A stretch of 63,898 nt of DNA, the filler included, from Licmophora abbreviata (taxonomy: Eukaryota): NCBI GenBank assembly GCA_900291995.1. It is 18 parts of 18 records of this genome, joined end to end, with 100 filler letters (N's around TTAATTAATTAA, not from the genome) between each part and the next. Parts side by side here need not be neighbours in the genome. Positions count along the whole stretch, not along the records: positions 1 to 1,945 come from OLMU01003885.1; positions 2,046 to 3,054 come from OLMU01003886.1; positions 3,155 to 5,123 come from OLMU01003887.1; positions 5,224 to 7,576 come from OLMU01003888.1; positions 7,677 to 17,965 come from OLMU01003889.1; 13 more parts are not named here. One strand, given 5' to 3'. Shown one piece after another: positions 1 to 9,151 of the stretch (positions are counted from its first letter, which is position 1; each line of letters opens with the position of its first letter). The notes beneath the pieces were generated by a model. It ran no database searches. It saw nothing but the letters and a program-made list of their open reading frames with translations, and was not told the origin of the DNA. Position numbers and translations under genes: made by a program.

Positions 1-51
1 GCCCGGCCCTGTCAAGACCGGGCGCGTCTGGCGGGTGCATCTGGCGGTGGC

Positions 52-639
52 TCAGGCGGCTTGAAGCTCGCCGATCTGATCCAGCGCGCGGGCAAGGCTT
101 GCATCGGCGTCCAGCGCCAGTTGATCGGCGGCCACCACGGTCACGTCGGTGATCCCGACAAAGCCGAGGATATGGCTCATATAGGTCGAGGCGTAGTCGA
201 TCGCGGCGCCCGCCTGCGTGCCGCCCGAGGCCATCGCAAGGAGCGCGCGCTTGCCGGTCAGCAGGCCTTCGGGGCCGGTTTCGGTATAGCGGAAGGTGAC
301 ACCGGCGCGCGCCACATGGTCGATCCATGCCTTCAGCGCCGAGGGCACGCCGAAATTGTAGACCGGAAGCCCGATCACCAGCGTATCGGCGGCGCGCAGC
401 TCGTCGATCAGGCTGTCGGACAGCGCAAGCGCCTTCCCTTGTGCGGCGGTGCGGTTGGCCTCGGGGGTGACATTCGCGCTCACCCAGTCCTCGGTCAGAT
501 GCGGCAGGGGGTCTGCGGCCAGATCGCGATGCCGCAGATTGGCGGCCGGCCAAAGGGCGGCGATGCGCCCGGTCAGATCGCGGGTGACAGAGCCTTGGGC
601 GCGCGCCGAGGCGTCGATACGAAGAATGCTATGGGTCAT
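52..639 (-). CDS. azoR: FMN-dependent NADH-azoreductase (AzoR/AcpD family), 195 aa
   Basis: C-terminal part of ORF 52..1596. Starts MTHSILRIDASAR at ATG 639 with an AGGA SD-like motif upstream. Motifs GLPVYNFGVPSALKAWIDHVARAGVTFRYTETGPEGLL and ASGG are typical of AzoR. Confidence 0.92.
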   Translation of the reverse strand: MTHSILRIDASARAQGSVTRDLTGRIAALWPAANLRHRDLAADPLPHLTEDWVSANVTPEANRTAAQGKALALSDSLIDELRAADTLVIGLPVYNFGVPSALKAWIDHVARAGVTFRYTETGPEGLLTGKRALLAMASGGTQAGAAIDYASTYMSHILGFVGITDVTVVAADQLALDADASLARALDQIGELQAA

Positions 640-765
640 CAGAGTCGTCCTGTGCGATTGGGGATGTGTTCCGTCATCGCGATAAGTAGCCTGTGCCTTT
701 TCAAACGCAATCTTTCGTGAGAAACATTGAGTGTTGAGATTTGCACATTGGTTATCGGAGCCTTC

Positions 766-1647
766 ATGGACAACTGGGACGAGATCCGCACCGCCTTCAA
801 CGTGGCCCGCATCGGCACGGTCAGTGGCGCCGCCGAGGTGCTTGGCGTGCATCACGCCACGGTCATCCGTCATATCGACGCGCTGGAGCAGCGCCTTGGG
901 GTCAAGCTGTTTCAACGGCACGCGCGCGGCTATACCCCGACCGAGGCGGGCGAGGATCTGTTGCGCGTGGCGCAGGCCACCGATGACCAGTTCTCGCAGC
1001 TTGTCGGGCGCATCAAGGGGCGTGGCAACGATGTCTCGGGCGAGTTGGTGGTCACCTCGCTTGGCGGGCTCAGTCATCTTCTGGTTCCGGTCCTGACCGA
1101 GTTTCAGGCCGAATTCCCCGATATCATCGTGCGCTACCTGACCGGTGACCGGCTCTTTCGGCTGGAATATGGCGAGGCGCATGTGGCGATCCGCGCCGGT
1201 GCCGTGCCCGATCAGCCCGACAATGTGGTGCAGCCCTTTTTCGAGCAGAAGATCACGCTTTTCGCCTCCGACGCCTATGCCGCGCGCCATGGTCTGCCGC
1301 AGTCCGAGGCCGAGATGTCCGGGCACCGTTTCGTCGGGGCCGATGACCCTAATTCCCGCGCGCCGTTCTTTCGCTGGATGCGCGAGACGATCCCGGCGGC
1401 CAATATCGTGTTCCGCAGCGGCGATGTTCATGCGCAGCGCCGCGCGATCAAGCAGGGCGCGGGCATCGGTTTCGTGTCGCGATTGCAGGCCCGCGAGATG
1501 GGCGGCCTGATCGAGGTTGTCCCGCCGCGCGAGGACTGGGCCGCGCCCTTGTGGCTGGTGACCCATATGGACCTGCACCGCACCACCAAGGTGCAATCCT
1601 TCCTGTCCTTTCTCAAGAAACGCGCCCGCGATTGGGACGACGCATGA
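766..1647 (+). CDS. LysR-family transcriptional regulator, divergent from azoR
   Basis: GGAG SD at 757-760 and ATG at 766. N-terminal HTH (GTVSGAAEVLGVHHATVIRHIDALEQRLGVKLFQR..GY.PTEAG) followed by a substrate-binding domain. Confidence 0.93.
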   Translation: MDNWDEIRTAFNVARIGTVSGAAEVLGVHHATVIRHIDALEQRLGVKLFQRHARGYTPTEAGEDLLRVAQATDDQFSQLVGRIKGRGNDVSGELVVTSLGGLSHLLVPVLTEFQAEFPDIIVRYLTGDRLFRLEYGEAHVAIRAGAVPDQPDNVVQPFFEQKITLFASDAYAARHGLPQSEAEMSGHRFVGADDPNSRAPFFRWMRETIPAANIVFRSGDVHAQRRAIKQGAGIGFVSRLQAREMGGLIEVVPPREDWAAPLWLVTHMDLHRTTKVQSFLSFLKKRARDWDDA

Positions 1648-2578
1648 GCGACCGGCTTCGCGGTCATCTTGCGATGCTCTCCTTCTCGGCGCTGATCGCG
1701 GGGTCTTTCGCGCTTGGCTCCATGGCCGCGAACGAGATCGCGCCCACAGCCCTGAATGCGGTGCGCTTCGTGATCGCCGCCTGCCTTCTGGGGGCGGCGG
1801 CGCATGCCACGCATGGCCTGTCGCGGCCCGCGTTCCGGGCGCCGTGGCGCTATCTGATCCTTGGCGGGTCGATGGGGCTTTACTTCGTGCTGATGTTCGA
1901 GGGGCTGAAAACCGCGCGCCCGGTGTCGGCGGCGGCGGTGTTCACNNNNNNNNNNNNNNNNNNNNNNNNNNNNNNNNNNNNNNNNNNNNTTAATTAATTA
2001 ANNNNNNNNNNNNNNNNNNNNNNNNNNNNNNNNNNNNNNNNNNNNTGACCCGGCGCATGGCGCTTGCGCTCAGCGTTGGCGGCGCGGGTGCGCTCTGGGT
2101 GATCTTCGAGGCGGATTGGGCGGCTTTGGCGGCCTTTCAGGTGGGCCGCGGCGAGGCGATCTATTTCCTCGGCTGTGTGGCCCACGCCTTTTATACGCCG
2201 ATGGTGCGCAAGCTGAACCGGGGCGAGCCGCCGGTCGTCTTCTCCTTTGGTGCCATGGTTGCCGCGGCCCTTCTGGTGACAGGCGCGGGCTGGCCCGCGC
2301 TGCGCGCGACCGACTGGGGCGCCTTGCCGCCGATCGTCTGGATCACGCTGGCCTATGTGACGGTGGCGGCGACGGCGATCACCTTCGTTCTACTGCAATA
2401 CGCGTCGCTCAGGCTGCCAAGCGCCAAGGTGATGGCCTATACCTATCTCACCCCGGTCTGGGTGATCTGCTGGGAGGCGGCATTGGGAAATGGCGTGCCG
2501 CCTGTGATGGTGATGCTCGGGGTGGCGATGATCCTGACGGCGCTGGTGCTGCTCCTGAAGGACGAGCACCCGGCCTAG
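1644..2578 (+). CDS. EamA/DMT-family transporter, interrupted by assembly spacer 1946-2045
   Basis: Start overlaps the LysR stop (ATGA). Hydrophobic multi-TM sequence with LNAVRFVIA before the gap and YASLRLPSAKVMAYTYLTPVW after it. Confidence 0.85.
1946..2045. other. Artificial contig spacer N44-TTAATTAATTAA-N44 (stop codons in all six frames)
   Basis: Identical 100-nt spacers start at 1946, 3055, 5124, 7577, 17966, 20038, 25699, 31816, 36387, 38242, 39622, 42337, 45418, 51562, 56314, 60824 and 62300. Confidence 0.99.
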
Positions 2579-2929
2579 TCAATCCTCGTTGGACAGGGCC
2601 GTGTCACCGCCTGACAGCTCGGCCGCCAGAAACTTCTCGAACGCATCGAGGTTCACCGCCTCGAACTGCCCGAAGCTCTGCATCCAGATGCTTGCGTCGC
2701 GCAGGGCGTCGGGTTCCAGCTTGCACCATTTGACCCGCCCGCGCCGTTCCTGGCTGATAAGCCCCGCGCGGCTGAGAATCCCCAGATGCTTGGAAATCGC
2801 GGTCAGCGACATCTCGAACGGCTCGGCCACGTCGGTCACGGCCATGTCATCCTCCAGAAGCATCGACAGGATCGCCCGTCTGGTGGGGTCGGCCAGGGCC
2901 TGAAAGGTGATATCGAGCTCTTCGGACAT
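2579..2929 (-). CDS. ArsR/SmtB-family transcriptional regulator, 116 aa
   Basis: MSEELDITFQALADPTRRAILSML...AISKHLGILSRAGLISQERRGR is a typical ArsR winged HTH. Convergent with, and directly abutting, the EamA stop. Confidence 0.9.
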   Translation of the reverse strand: MSEELDITFQALADPTRRAILSMLLEDDMAVTDVAEPFEMSLTAISKHLGILSRAGLISQERRGRVKWCKLEPDALRDASIWMQSFGQFEAVNLDAFEKFLAAELSGGDTALSNED

Positions 2930-2960
2930 GCAGGCCATAAAGCGCGGCGCCTGTCGTTCG

Positions 2961-2976
2961 TCAACCATTTGGTTGA
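2961..2976. promoter_or_regulatory. Perfect inverted repeat TCAACCA-TT-TGGTTGA, probable ArsR autoregulatory operator
   Basis: 7-2-7 palindrome about 30 nt upstream of the ArsR start. ArsR-family repressors bind dyads over their own promoters. Confidence 0.6.
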
Positions 2977-3272
2977 ATATGCCGAAATGACCAGAACGGC
3001 GCTGGAGACGGCTGCGGCACAATACCCCGGCTCTTGTGGCGCTGATATTTATCANNNNNNNNNNNNNNNNNNNNNNNNNNNNNNNNNNNNNNNNNNNNTT
3101 AATTAATTAANNNNNNNNNNNNNNNNNNNNNNNNNNNNNNNNNNNNNNNNNNNNTGATATTTATCACATTTTTTCAAATACTTAGCGCTTACTGCGCAGG
3201 TCTTCACGCGCGCTTGACTCACTGCCATCCGCCGCATAGCAAAGGCACAACCGTTCCAAGGGGTGAACCATC

Positions 3273-3635
3273 GTGACAGATCCCGACCAAAGCGAGCGCC
3301 TGGCGCAGCTTGAGGACAGGATCGCGGCTCTGAAAAAGCAGAAGGAGCCGCGTCACCATTCCGAGGAACACTACAGTCAGGCGCAGGTCGCCTGGCGGAT
3401 GGTAACGGAACTTGTGGCCGGTCTGATGATCGGCTTCGGCATGGGATACGGGCTTGATAGCCTGTTCGGGACGATCCCGATCTTCCTCGTGCTGTTCACA
3501 TTGCTGGGTCTGGCCGCGGGCATCAAGACGATGATGCGAAGCGCAGACGAAATCCAGCGCAAGAAGCTGGCCGAAGAGGCCGAAGACACTGCGCCCGGAT
3601 CGGGCGACGACAAGAGGACGAAAGATGGCGACTGA
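3273..3635 (+). CDS. atpI: ATP synthase protein I (AtpZ/AtpI family)
   Basis: [44 protein letters not shown] motif. First gene of the F0 operon; GTG start. Confidence 0.9.
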   Translation: MTDPDQSERLAQLEDRIAALKKQKEPRHHSEEHYSQAQVAWRMVTELVAGLMIGFGMGYGLDSLFGTIPIFLVLFTLLGLAAGIKTMMRSADEIQRKKLAEEAEDTAPGSGDDKRTKDGD

Positions 3636-4380
3636 AGCGAAGGGCGAAGCAGGCGGTCTGGTGTTCCACCCGATGGATCAGTTCATCGTGAGCCCGCTGT
3701 TCGGAGACGGCCCGGTGGGTCTTTTCACGATCACCAATGTGACACTCTGGATGGCACTGACCATCATCGCCGTCATCGCGCTGATGGTTCTGGGCACCTC
3801 CGGGCGCTCGACCATTCCGGGTCGGATGCAGTCGATCGGCGAGCTGGCGTATGGCTTTGTCTACAAGATGGTCGAGGATGTCGCCGGCAAGGATGCCGTA
3901 GGCTTCTTCCCGTATATCATGACGCTGTTCATGTTCATCGTCTTCGCCAACTTCCTTGGCCTGATCCCCGGCTCGTTCACCACCACGTCGCATTTCGCCG
4001 TGACGGTCGTGCTGGCGCTGCTGGTGTTCATCACCGTCACCGTCGTGGGCTTCGTCAAGAACGGCGCGGCGTTCCTTGGCCTCTTCTGGGTGAGCAGCGC
4101 GCCCCTGCCGCTGCGCCCGATCCTCGCCATCATCGAGGTGATTTCCTACTTCGTGCGTCCCGTCAGCCACTCGATCCGTCTTGCCGGCAACCTGATGGCC
4201 GGTCACGCGGTGATCAAGGTGTTCGCCGGCTTCGCCGCGATCGCGGCGGTCAGCCCGCTGGCGATCCTTGGCGTCACCGCGATGTACGGGCTCGAAGTCC
4301 TGGTGTCCTTCATCCAGGCCTATGTCTTCACGATCCTGACCTGCGTGTATCTCAAGGATGCGCTGCATCCCTCGCACTAA
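3625..4380 (+). CDS. atpB: F0 ATP synthase subunit a
   Basis: [40 protein letters not shown] (conserved Arg), [14 protein letters not shown]. Confidence 0.98.
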   Translation: MATEAKGEAGGLVFHPMDQFIVSPLFGDGPVGLFTITNVTLWMALTIIAVIALMVLGTSGRSTIPGRMQSIGELAYGFVYKMVEDVAGKDAVGFFPYIMTLFMFIVFANFLGLIPGSFTTTSHFAVTVVLALLVFITVTVVGFVKNGAAFLGLFWVSSAPLPLRPILAIIEVISYFVRPVSHSIRLAGNLMAGHAVIKVFAGFAAIAAVSPLAILGVTAMYGLEVLVSFIQAYVFTILTCVYLKDALHPSH

Positions 4381-4432
4381 GGTCGAACCGCTCAAACATA
4401 CCTACAACTTCCAATCGTAAGGAGAATACATC

Positions 4433-4657
4433 ATGGAAGGTGAACTCGCACATATCGGCGCAGGTCTCGCAGCAATCGGTTCCGGCGCAGCCGCAATCGG
4501 TGTGGGCAACGTGGCAGGCAACTTCCTGTCCGGCGCTCTGCGCAACCCCTCGGCAGCGGCCGGTCAGACCGCGACCCTGTTCATCGGCATCGCATTCGCA
4601 GAAGCACTGGGCATCTTCTCGTTCCTGGTCGCTCTGCTGCTGATGTTCGCCGTCTAA
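4433..4657 (+). CDS. atpE: F0 ATP synthase subunit c
   Basis: 74 aa with GxGxGxG helix, RNP loop and ion-binding Glu in FAEALGIF. Strong AAGGAG SD. Confidence 0.98.
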   Translation: MEGELAHIGAGLAAIGSGAAAIGVGNVAGNFLSGALRNPSAAAGQTATLFIGIAFAEALGIFSFLVALLLMFAV

Positions 4658-4740
4658 GCCTTACGGAACCTTTCCTTACGTGCGGGCGGCTGGCAGGACT
4701 GGCCGCCCGATAGTGAGACCAAGTTCCGACGGAGGACGCA

Positions 4741-5346
4741 ATGGCGACCGAAACAACCGGGCAGACTGTAAGCACCTGTGTCGTTGACGGCTCTGCCGTC
4801 GGCATGCCCCAGCTGTGCTTCGACTGGTGGCCCAACCAGATCTTCTGGCTCACGGTCACGCTGGTCGTGATCTTCTTCTTCCTGTCGCGCGTGGCCCTTC
4901 CGCGCATCGCGGCCGTTCTGGCCGAGCGTCAGGGAACCATCACCAACGATCTCGCCGCAGCCGAGGATCTCAAGGTCAAGGCTGTCGAGGCCGAAGAGGC
5001 GTACAACAAGGCGCTGGCCAATGCCCGCGCCGAGGCGCAGAAGATCATCGCTCAGGCCAAGGCAGAAATCCAGGCGGATCTCGATGACGCGACCGCCAAG
5101 GCCGACGCCGAAATCGCAGCCAANNNNNNNNNNNNNNNNNNNNNNNNNNNNNNNNNNNNNNNNNNNNTTAATTAATTAANNNNNNNNNNNNNNNNNNNNN
5201 NNNNNNNNNNNNNNNNNNNNNNNGGTGCGATGGACAGCGTCAAGGAGGTGGCCAAGGACACCGCCAAGGAACTCGTCGCCGCTTTGGGTGGCAGCGCCGA
5301 TGCGCGGTCGATCACCTCGGCTGTCACTGCAAAGATGAAGGGATAA
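4741..5346 (+). CDS. F0 ATP synthase subunit b', interrupted by spacer 5124-5223
   Basis: GMPQL...PNQIFWL...[12 protein letters not shown]. After the gap the frame reads [22 protein letters not shown]...KMKG*. Confidence 0.92.
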
Positions 5347-5351
5347 GCGCC

Positions 5352-5921
5352 ATGAGAGGATCTTCCATGCTGATCGCGCTTGCCGCCACGGTCTCTGCCA
5401 GCCCTGCGCTGGCAGCTGCGGGCAAGCCCTTCTTCTCGCTCGAGAATACCGATTTCGTCGTGACGCTCGGCTTTCTGGTGTTCATCGGCATCCTGCTTTA
5501 CTTCAAGGTGCCGTCGCTTCTGGGTGGGCTTCTCGACAAGCGCGCCGAGGGTATCAAGTCCGAGCTCGACGAGGCGCGCGCGCTTCGTGATGAGGCACAG
5601 ACCCTGCTTGCGGGCTACGAGCGCAAGCAAAAGGAAGTGCAGGAACAGTCCGAGCGCATCATCGCCGCCGCCAAGCAGGAGGCCTCCGAGGCCGCCGAGC
5701 AGGCCAAGCTGGACCTCAAGGCATCGATCAAGCGCCGCCTCAAAGCGGCCGAGGATCAGATCGCATCGGCCGAAGCCAACGCGATCCGCGATGTTCGCAA
5801 CGAAGCGATCCGGATTGCCGTGGCCGCCGCCACCGATGTGATCGCCAAGAACATGACCGCCGCCGACGGCAACAAGCTGATCGACGACGCCATCGGACAG
5901 GTCGACGCCAAGCTGCACTGA
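5352..5921 (+). CDS. atpF: F0 ATP synthase subunit b
   Basis: PFFSLENTDFVV.LGFLVFIGILLYFKVP..LDKRAEGIKSELDEA, followed by an Ala-rich coiled coil. Confidence 0.95.
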   Translation: MRGSSMLIALAATVSASPALAAAGKPFFSLENTDFVVTLGFLVFIGILLYFKVPSLLGGLLDKRAEGIKSELDEARALRDEAQTLLAGYERKQKEVQEQSERIIAAAKQEASEAAEQAKLDLKASIKRRLKAAEDQIASAEANAIRDVRNEAIRIAVAAATDVIAKNMTAADGNKLIDDAIGQVDAKLH

Positions 5922-5946
5922 CGCTTGCCGCAGGCCAGAAATGAAC

Positions 5947-5980
5947 AAGCCCGGTCCTGAGTGACCGGGCTTTTTCTTTT
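5947..5980 (+). terminator. Rho-independent terminator of the F0 operon
   Basis: Stem AAGCCCGGTC / GACCGGGCTT with a 6-nt loop, followed by a T-rich run. Confidence 0.9.
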
Positions 5981-6018
5981 GGGCCGGGGGGAGCGGGGGT
6001 TCATTTTGTCGGGCGCCG

Positions 6019-6050
6019 AAAAATGAAAGGGGGCCGTTGGTTCGGCCCCT
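6019..6050 (-). terminator. Rho-independent terminator on the minus strand
   Basis: Minus strand reads GGGGCCG-AACCAA-CGGCCCC followed by CTTTCATTTTT. Confidence 0.75.
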
Positions 6051-6143
6051 CGATCATTCCTGCCACGTTGACACTGAACACCTTGTGATACGCGAGAGGG
6101 CATGTTCTGAGTGCTGCCCGGTCATCCCGTATCGGAACCGTTG
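6019..6143 (-). ncRNA. Candidate ~125-nt small RNA between the atp operon and folC
   Basis: Sigma70-like promoter TTGACC(6177-6172)-N17-CAATAT(6154-6149) upstream and an intrinsic terminator downstream. No credible enclosed ORF. Confidence 0.45.
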
Positions 6144-6287
6144 CACAGATATTGGCGACTCAGATCGAATCGGTCAACGCCTAGTGATTCGATTACACGA
6201 AATTTCCTGCCTCAGCGCGAAAGTGACCCGCGAAACGCTCTCGAGATGGACGCGGTCGCGACCGGCAGGCGCGTTGCCGGTTCCCTG

Positions 6288-7562
6288 TCAGCCGTTCTCG
6301 CGCAGAACGCCGCCCGCCAGATAGAGAGAGCCGCAAATCAGGATGCGCGCCTTGGGGTCCGCGCGAGTGATCCGCTGCACCGCATCCAGCACGGTGCTTG
6401 CCACATGCGCTTCCATCCCGGCGGCGCGGGCGGCGGCGGCGGTCGTCTCGGCGGGCAGGGTATTGGCCTCGCCGGGGATCGACACGGCGGTCAGGCTTGC
6501 CGCCTGCGCCGCCAGCGGCGCGAGGTAGCCCGCGATATCCTTGGTGTTCAGCATCCCGCAGATCAGATGCGTGGACCGTGCGGGCAGGGTGGCCAGATGC
6601 CGCCCAAGCGCCTGTCCCGCCGCCGCGTTATGCCCGCCATCCAGCCATAGCTCGGCCTCGGGTGCGGCCTCGATCAGCGGTCCATGCTGCAGCTTCTGCA
6701 TCCGGGCGGGCCATTCGGCGCGGGTGACGGCGGCCTCCTGTGCCGCCTCTCCAAGACCCAGATGGCGCAGCGCTGCAAGCGCGGCACCGGCATTGTCGAT
6801 CTGGTGCGCGCCCGGCAGATTGGGCAGCGGCAGATCGGCCAGCCCGGTTTCGTCCTGAAACACCAGACGCCCGTGATCCTCGCTGACATGCCAGTGCTGC
6901 CCTTGGGCGATCAAGGGCGCGCCAAGCGCCTGTGCGCGGGCCTCGATCGCGGCTTCCGCCGCCTCTTCCTGTGGGCCGACGACGCAAGGAACGCCCCGCT
7001 TGAGGATCCCGGCCTTTTCGCCTGCGATCTTGGCCAGCGTGTCGCCCAGATATTGCTCGTGATCCATCGACACAGGGGTGATGACCGTGAGGGCAGGGCG
7101 CGCGATCACGTTGGTCGCATCCAGCCGCCCGCCAAGACCCACCTCCAGCAAGGTGTAATCGGCTTCGGTCCGCGACATGGCCAGCAGCGCCGCACAGGTG
7201 GTGATCTCGAAATAGGTGATCGGCTCGCCGCCATTGGCGGCGTAGCATTCGTCGAGAACGGCGCTCAGGTCGGGTTCCGAAATCAGCTCTCCGGCCAGCC
7301 GGATACGTTCGTGAAACCGCGCCAGATGCGGCGAGGTATAGGCATGCGCGCGCAGCCCCGCCCCCTCGATCCCGGCGCGGATCATCGCCAGCGTGGAGCC
7401 CTTGCCGTTGGTGCCTGCGATATGGATCACCGGCGGCAGACGGTCCTGCGGATTGTCCAGCCGCTCCAGAAGACGCCAGACCCGGTCCAGCGTGAGGTCG
7501 ATGATCTTGGGGTGCAGCGCCATCATCCGGTCGAGGATGGCGTCGGAATGAAGGCCGCTCAT
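6288..7562 (-). CDS. folC: Bifunctional folylpolyglutamate synthase/dihydrofolate synthase
   Basis: IHIAGTNGKGST P-loop, YTSPHL..FHERI, EVGLGGRLDATN, LDGGHN, ICGSLYLAG. The start overlaps the stop (ATGA) of an upstream gene cut off by the gap; accD is the usual neighbour (inference). Confidence 0.97.
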   Translation of the reverse strand: MSGLHSDAILDRMMALHPKIIDLTLDRVWRLLERLDNPQDRLPPVIHIAGTNGKGSTLAMIRAGIEGAGLRAHAYTSPHLARFHERIRLAGELISEPDLSAVLDECYAANGGEPITYFEITTCAALLAMSRTEADYTLLEVGLGGRLDATNVIARPALTVITPVSMDHEQYLGDTLAKIAGEKAGILKRGVPCVVGPQEEAAEAAIEARAQALGAPLIAQGQHWHVSEDHGRLVFQDETGLADLPLPNLPGAHQIDNAGAALAALRHLGLGEAAQEAAVTRAEWPARMQKLQHGPLIEAAPEAELWLDGGHNAAAGQALGRHLATLPARSTHLICGMLNTKDIAGYLAPLAAQAASLTAVSIPGEANTLPAETTAAAARAAGMEAHVASTVLDAVQRITRADPKARILICGSLYLAGGVLRENG

Positions 7563-7676
7563 TCGGTGGCGTTTGGNNNNNNNNNNNNNNNNNNNNNNNN
7601 NNNNNNNNNNNNNNNNNNNNTTAATTAATTAANNNNNNNNNNNNNNNNNNNNNNNNNNNNNNNNNNNNNNNNNNNN

Positions 7677-8734
7677 GGCTCCACGCTTCTCCGAGTCCCA
7701 GAGTCGGCGCCGATTCGTCGAGCTCGTATGAACAACACGAACAAGCATACGGGGGTGGGAGTCCATCATTATCATCCTTGGCAGCCCGTTGTAGTAATCA
7801 TGATGATCAGCTCGTTGTCGACTGTTCTCGAAGACGCGCACTGCAGAACATCGTGTGTCTTGGAAGGACCAGTAGTGTTGCGGCAGCCCTAGTCCTATTA
7901 TTGGATCCCCGTGTCGCCGTGGCACAAACAGAAACCTTGTCTCTTCCTCATGTTGCTACTGTTCAGAAGAAGCCATTCGCTCCGATCGAGAATCTTCTCC
8001 CCGCCGCGCGTGTCAAAGCTTCGATCGATCGATCTGTCGTGGCAGCGAAAGCTCTACAGGCATCATCAGACGACAACGAAAAAGAAGAGCTGCTACGGGA
8101 GCTGCAGTACCTGATTCTAGCGCCCCGCTCCTCTTATATAACGAAACAAGAAGCGTCCACTGCGAAACGATATCTTCAAATCGACACCTTGAACGAGTGG
8201 ACCAAGGCTCGTCAAAAGGATGCTGAAAGTAACGTCTTTCCTGCAGATTCAGCAGCATCCGTGGATCCTCTTACACGTCTCAATGAAGGATTCGAACAAT
8301 GGGGAGAACGTGGTCAGTTTCGTCGGTTAAGACGACAGCAGATTGCGTTGGAGAACATCAATCCGATGCGTGCCGCCTTTAACAGTTACACCAACAACCT
8401 TGTGTTTGGTGACACCTATGTGCTTACGGCAGAGAGTTCCGAGAAATCCAGAATGATTCGACAGGATCAGCTACCCGATGTAACTTCGGTAATCAGGAGT
8501 GATCTGGATCTGAGGGATCTATATAGGAATCAAATACTGACAGCCATGGATGATGCGAGAGCCGAGTTGAAGTATCAGTTGGAGCAGATGGATGATTCAG
8601 CAAGGGACATGAGCGAGCTAGTGTCGCTACTGATTGGTGCTCAGAACTCCTGCAACAATTGGTTCGACTTTGTACCGGAAGTAGATGTCAAGACAGCCAT
8701 GCAGAAGGTGCTTGCTGAAGAGGGCATAGTATAG
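7677..8734 (+). CDS. Hypothetical algal protein, 5'-truncated, probably thylakoid-lumen targeted
   Basis: Frame is open from the contig edge. SRRRAL...hydrophobic stretch...AVA resembles a twin-arginine lumen signal. The rest is a helical protein of unknown family. Confidence 0.55.
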
Positions 8735-9151
8735 CAATCGCAGCATTAATACCGGTACGAGCACGCGAGATCTACATTGAACATGTGAATGATGCCCACC
8801 CTGCCTGCTAGCATATGCTCCTACTGTACAGTAAGTGCAGACTCGCACGAGGACCTTGATGTCTTATAAATGGTATATGCGCGTGTTGCTTTGATAAAGA
8901 ACCACCAAAGACGCGTCCGTCTAAGAAGTACGATACTTGTACCAAGTTCAAAGTTGAAAGTGCCACCGCACACGCACCCCAATCAGTTGCGAGCTCTCGA
9001 AATCCCAACCTCTTTTCCAGCAAGTAGGACCTCGCATGGCGTCACGATGACTCACAGACAGCTCCTACGTAGGGTCTAGTACATATCATACAGCCGCCAA
9101 TACACACATCGGTTCAGTTTGAACTCCGCCACAGCTCACTTTTCTTGGAAC

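Noticed and set aside
640..1596. 514-aa ORF suggesting a large N-terminal extension of AzoR
   Set aside because: The extension is the antisense shadow of the LysR gene in GC-rich DNA. AzoR homology and an SD site begin at 639.
1990..2001. TTAATTAATTAA recurring 17 times, as a biological repeat or CRISPR-like array
   Set aside because: It is always centred in exactly 44+44 Ns, so it is a synthetic six-frame-stop linker.
4433..4657. Na+-translocating or N-type ATPase
   Set aside because: The c subunit has FAEAL without the ES/T Na+-binding signature, and a separate F0 operon is normal in Alphaproteobacteria.
1..7576. Large bacterial-to-diatom horizontal transfer
   Set aside because: These are unameliorated housekeeping operons with SD sites and terminators, joined to the eukaryotic part only through an artificial spacer.
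3523..7628. Long antisense ORFs (3523-4395, 5172-5948, 6684-7628)
   Set aside because: They are shadows of atpB, atpF and folC with no motifs of their own.
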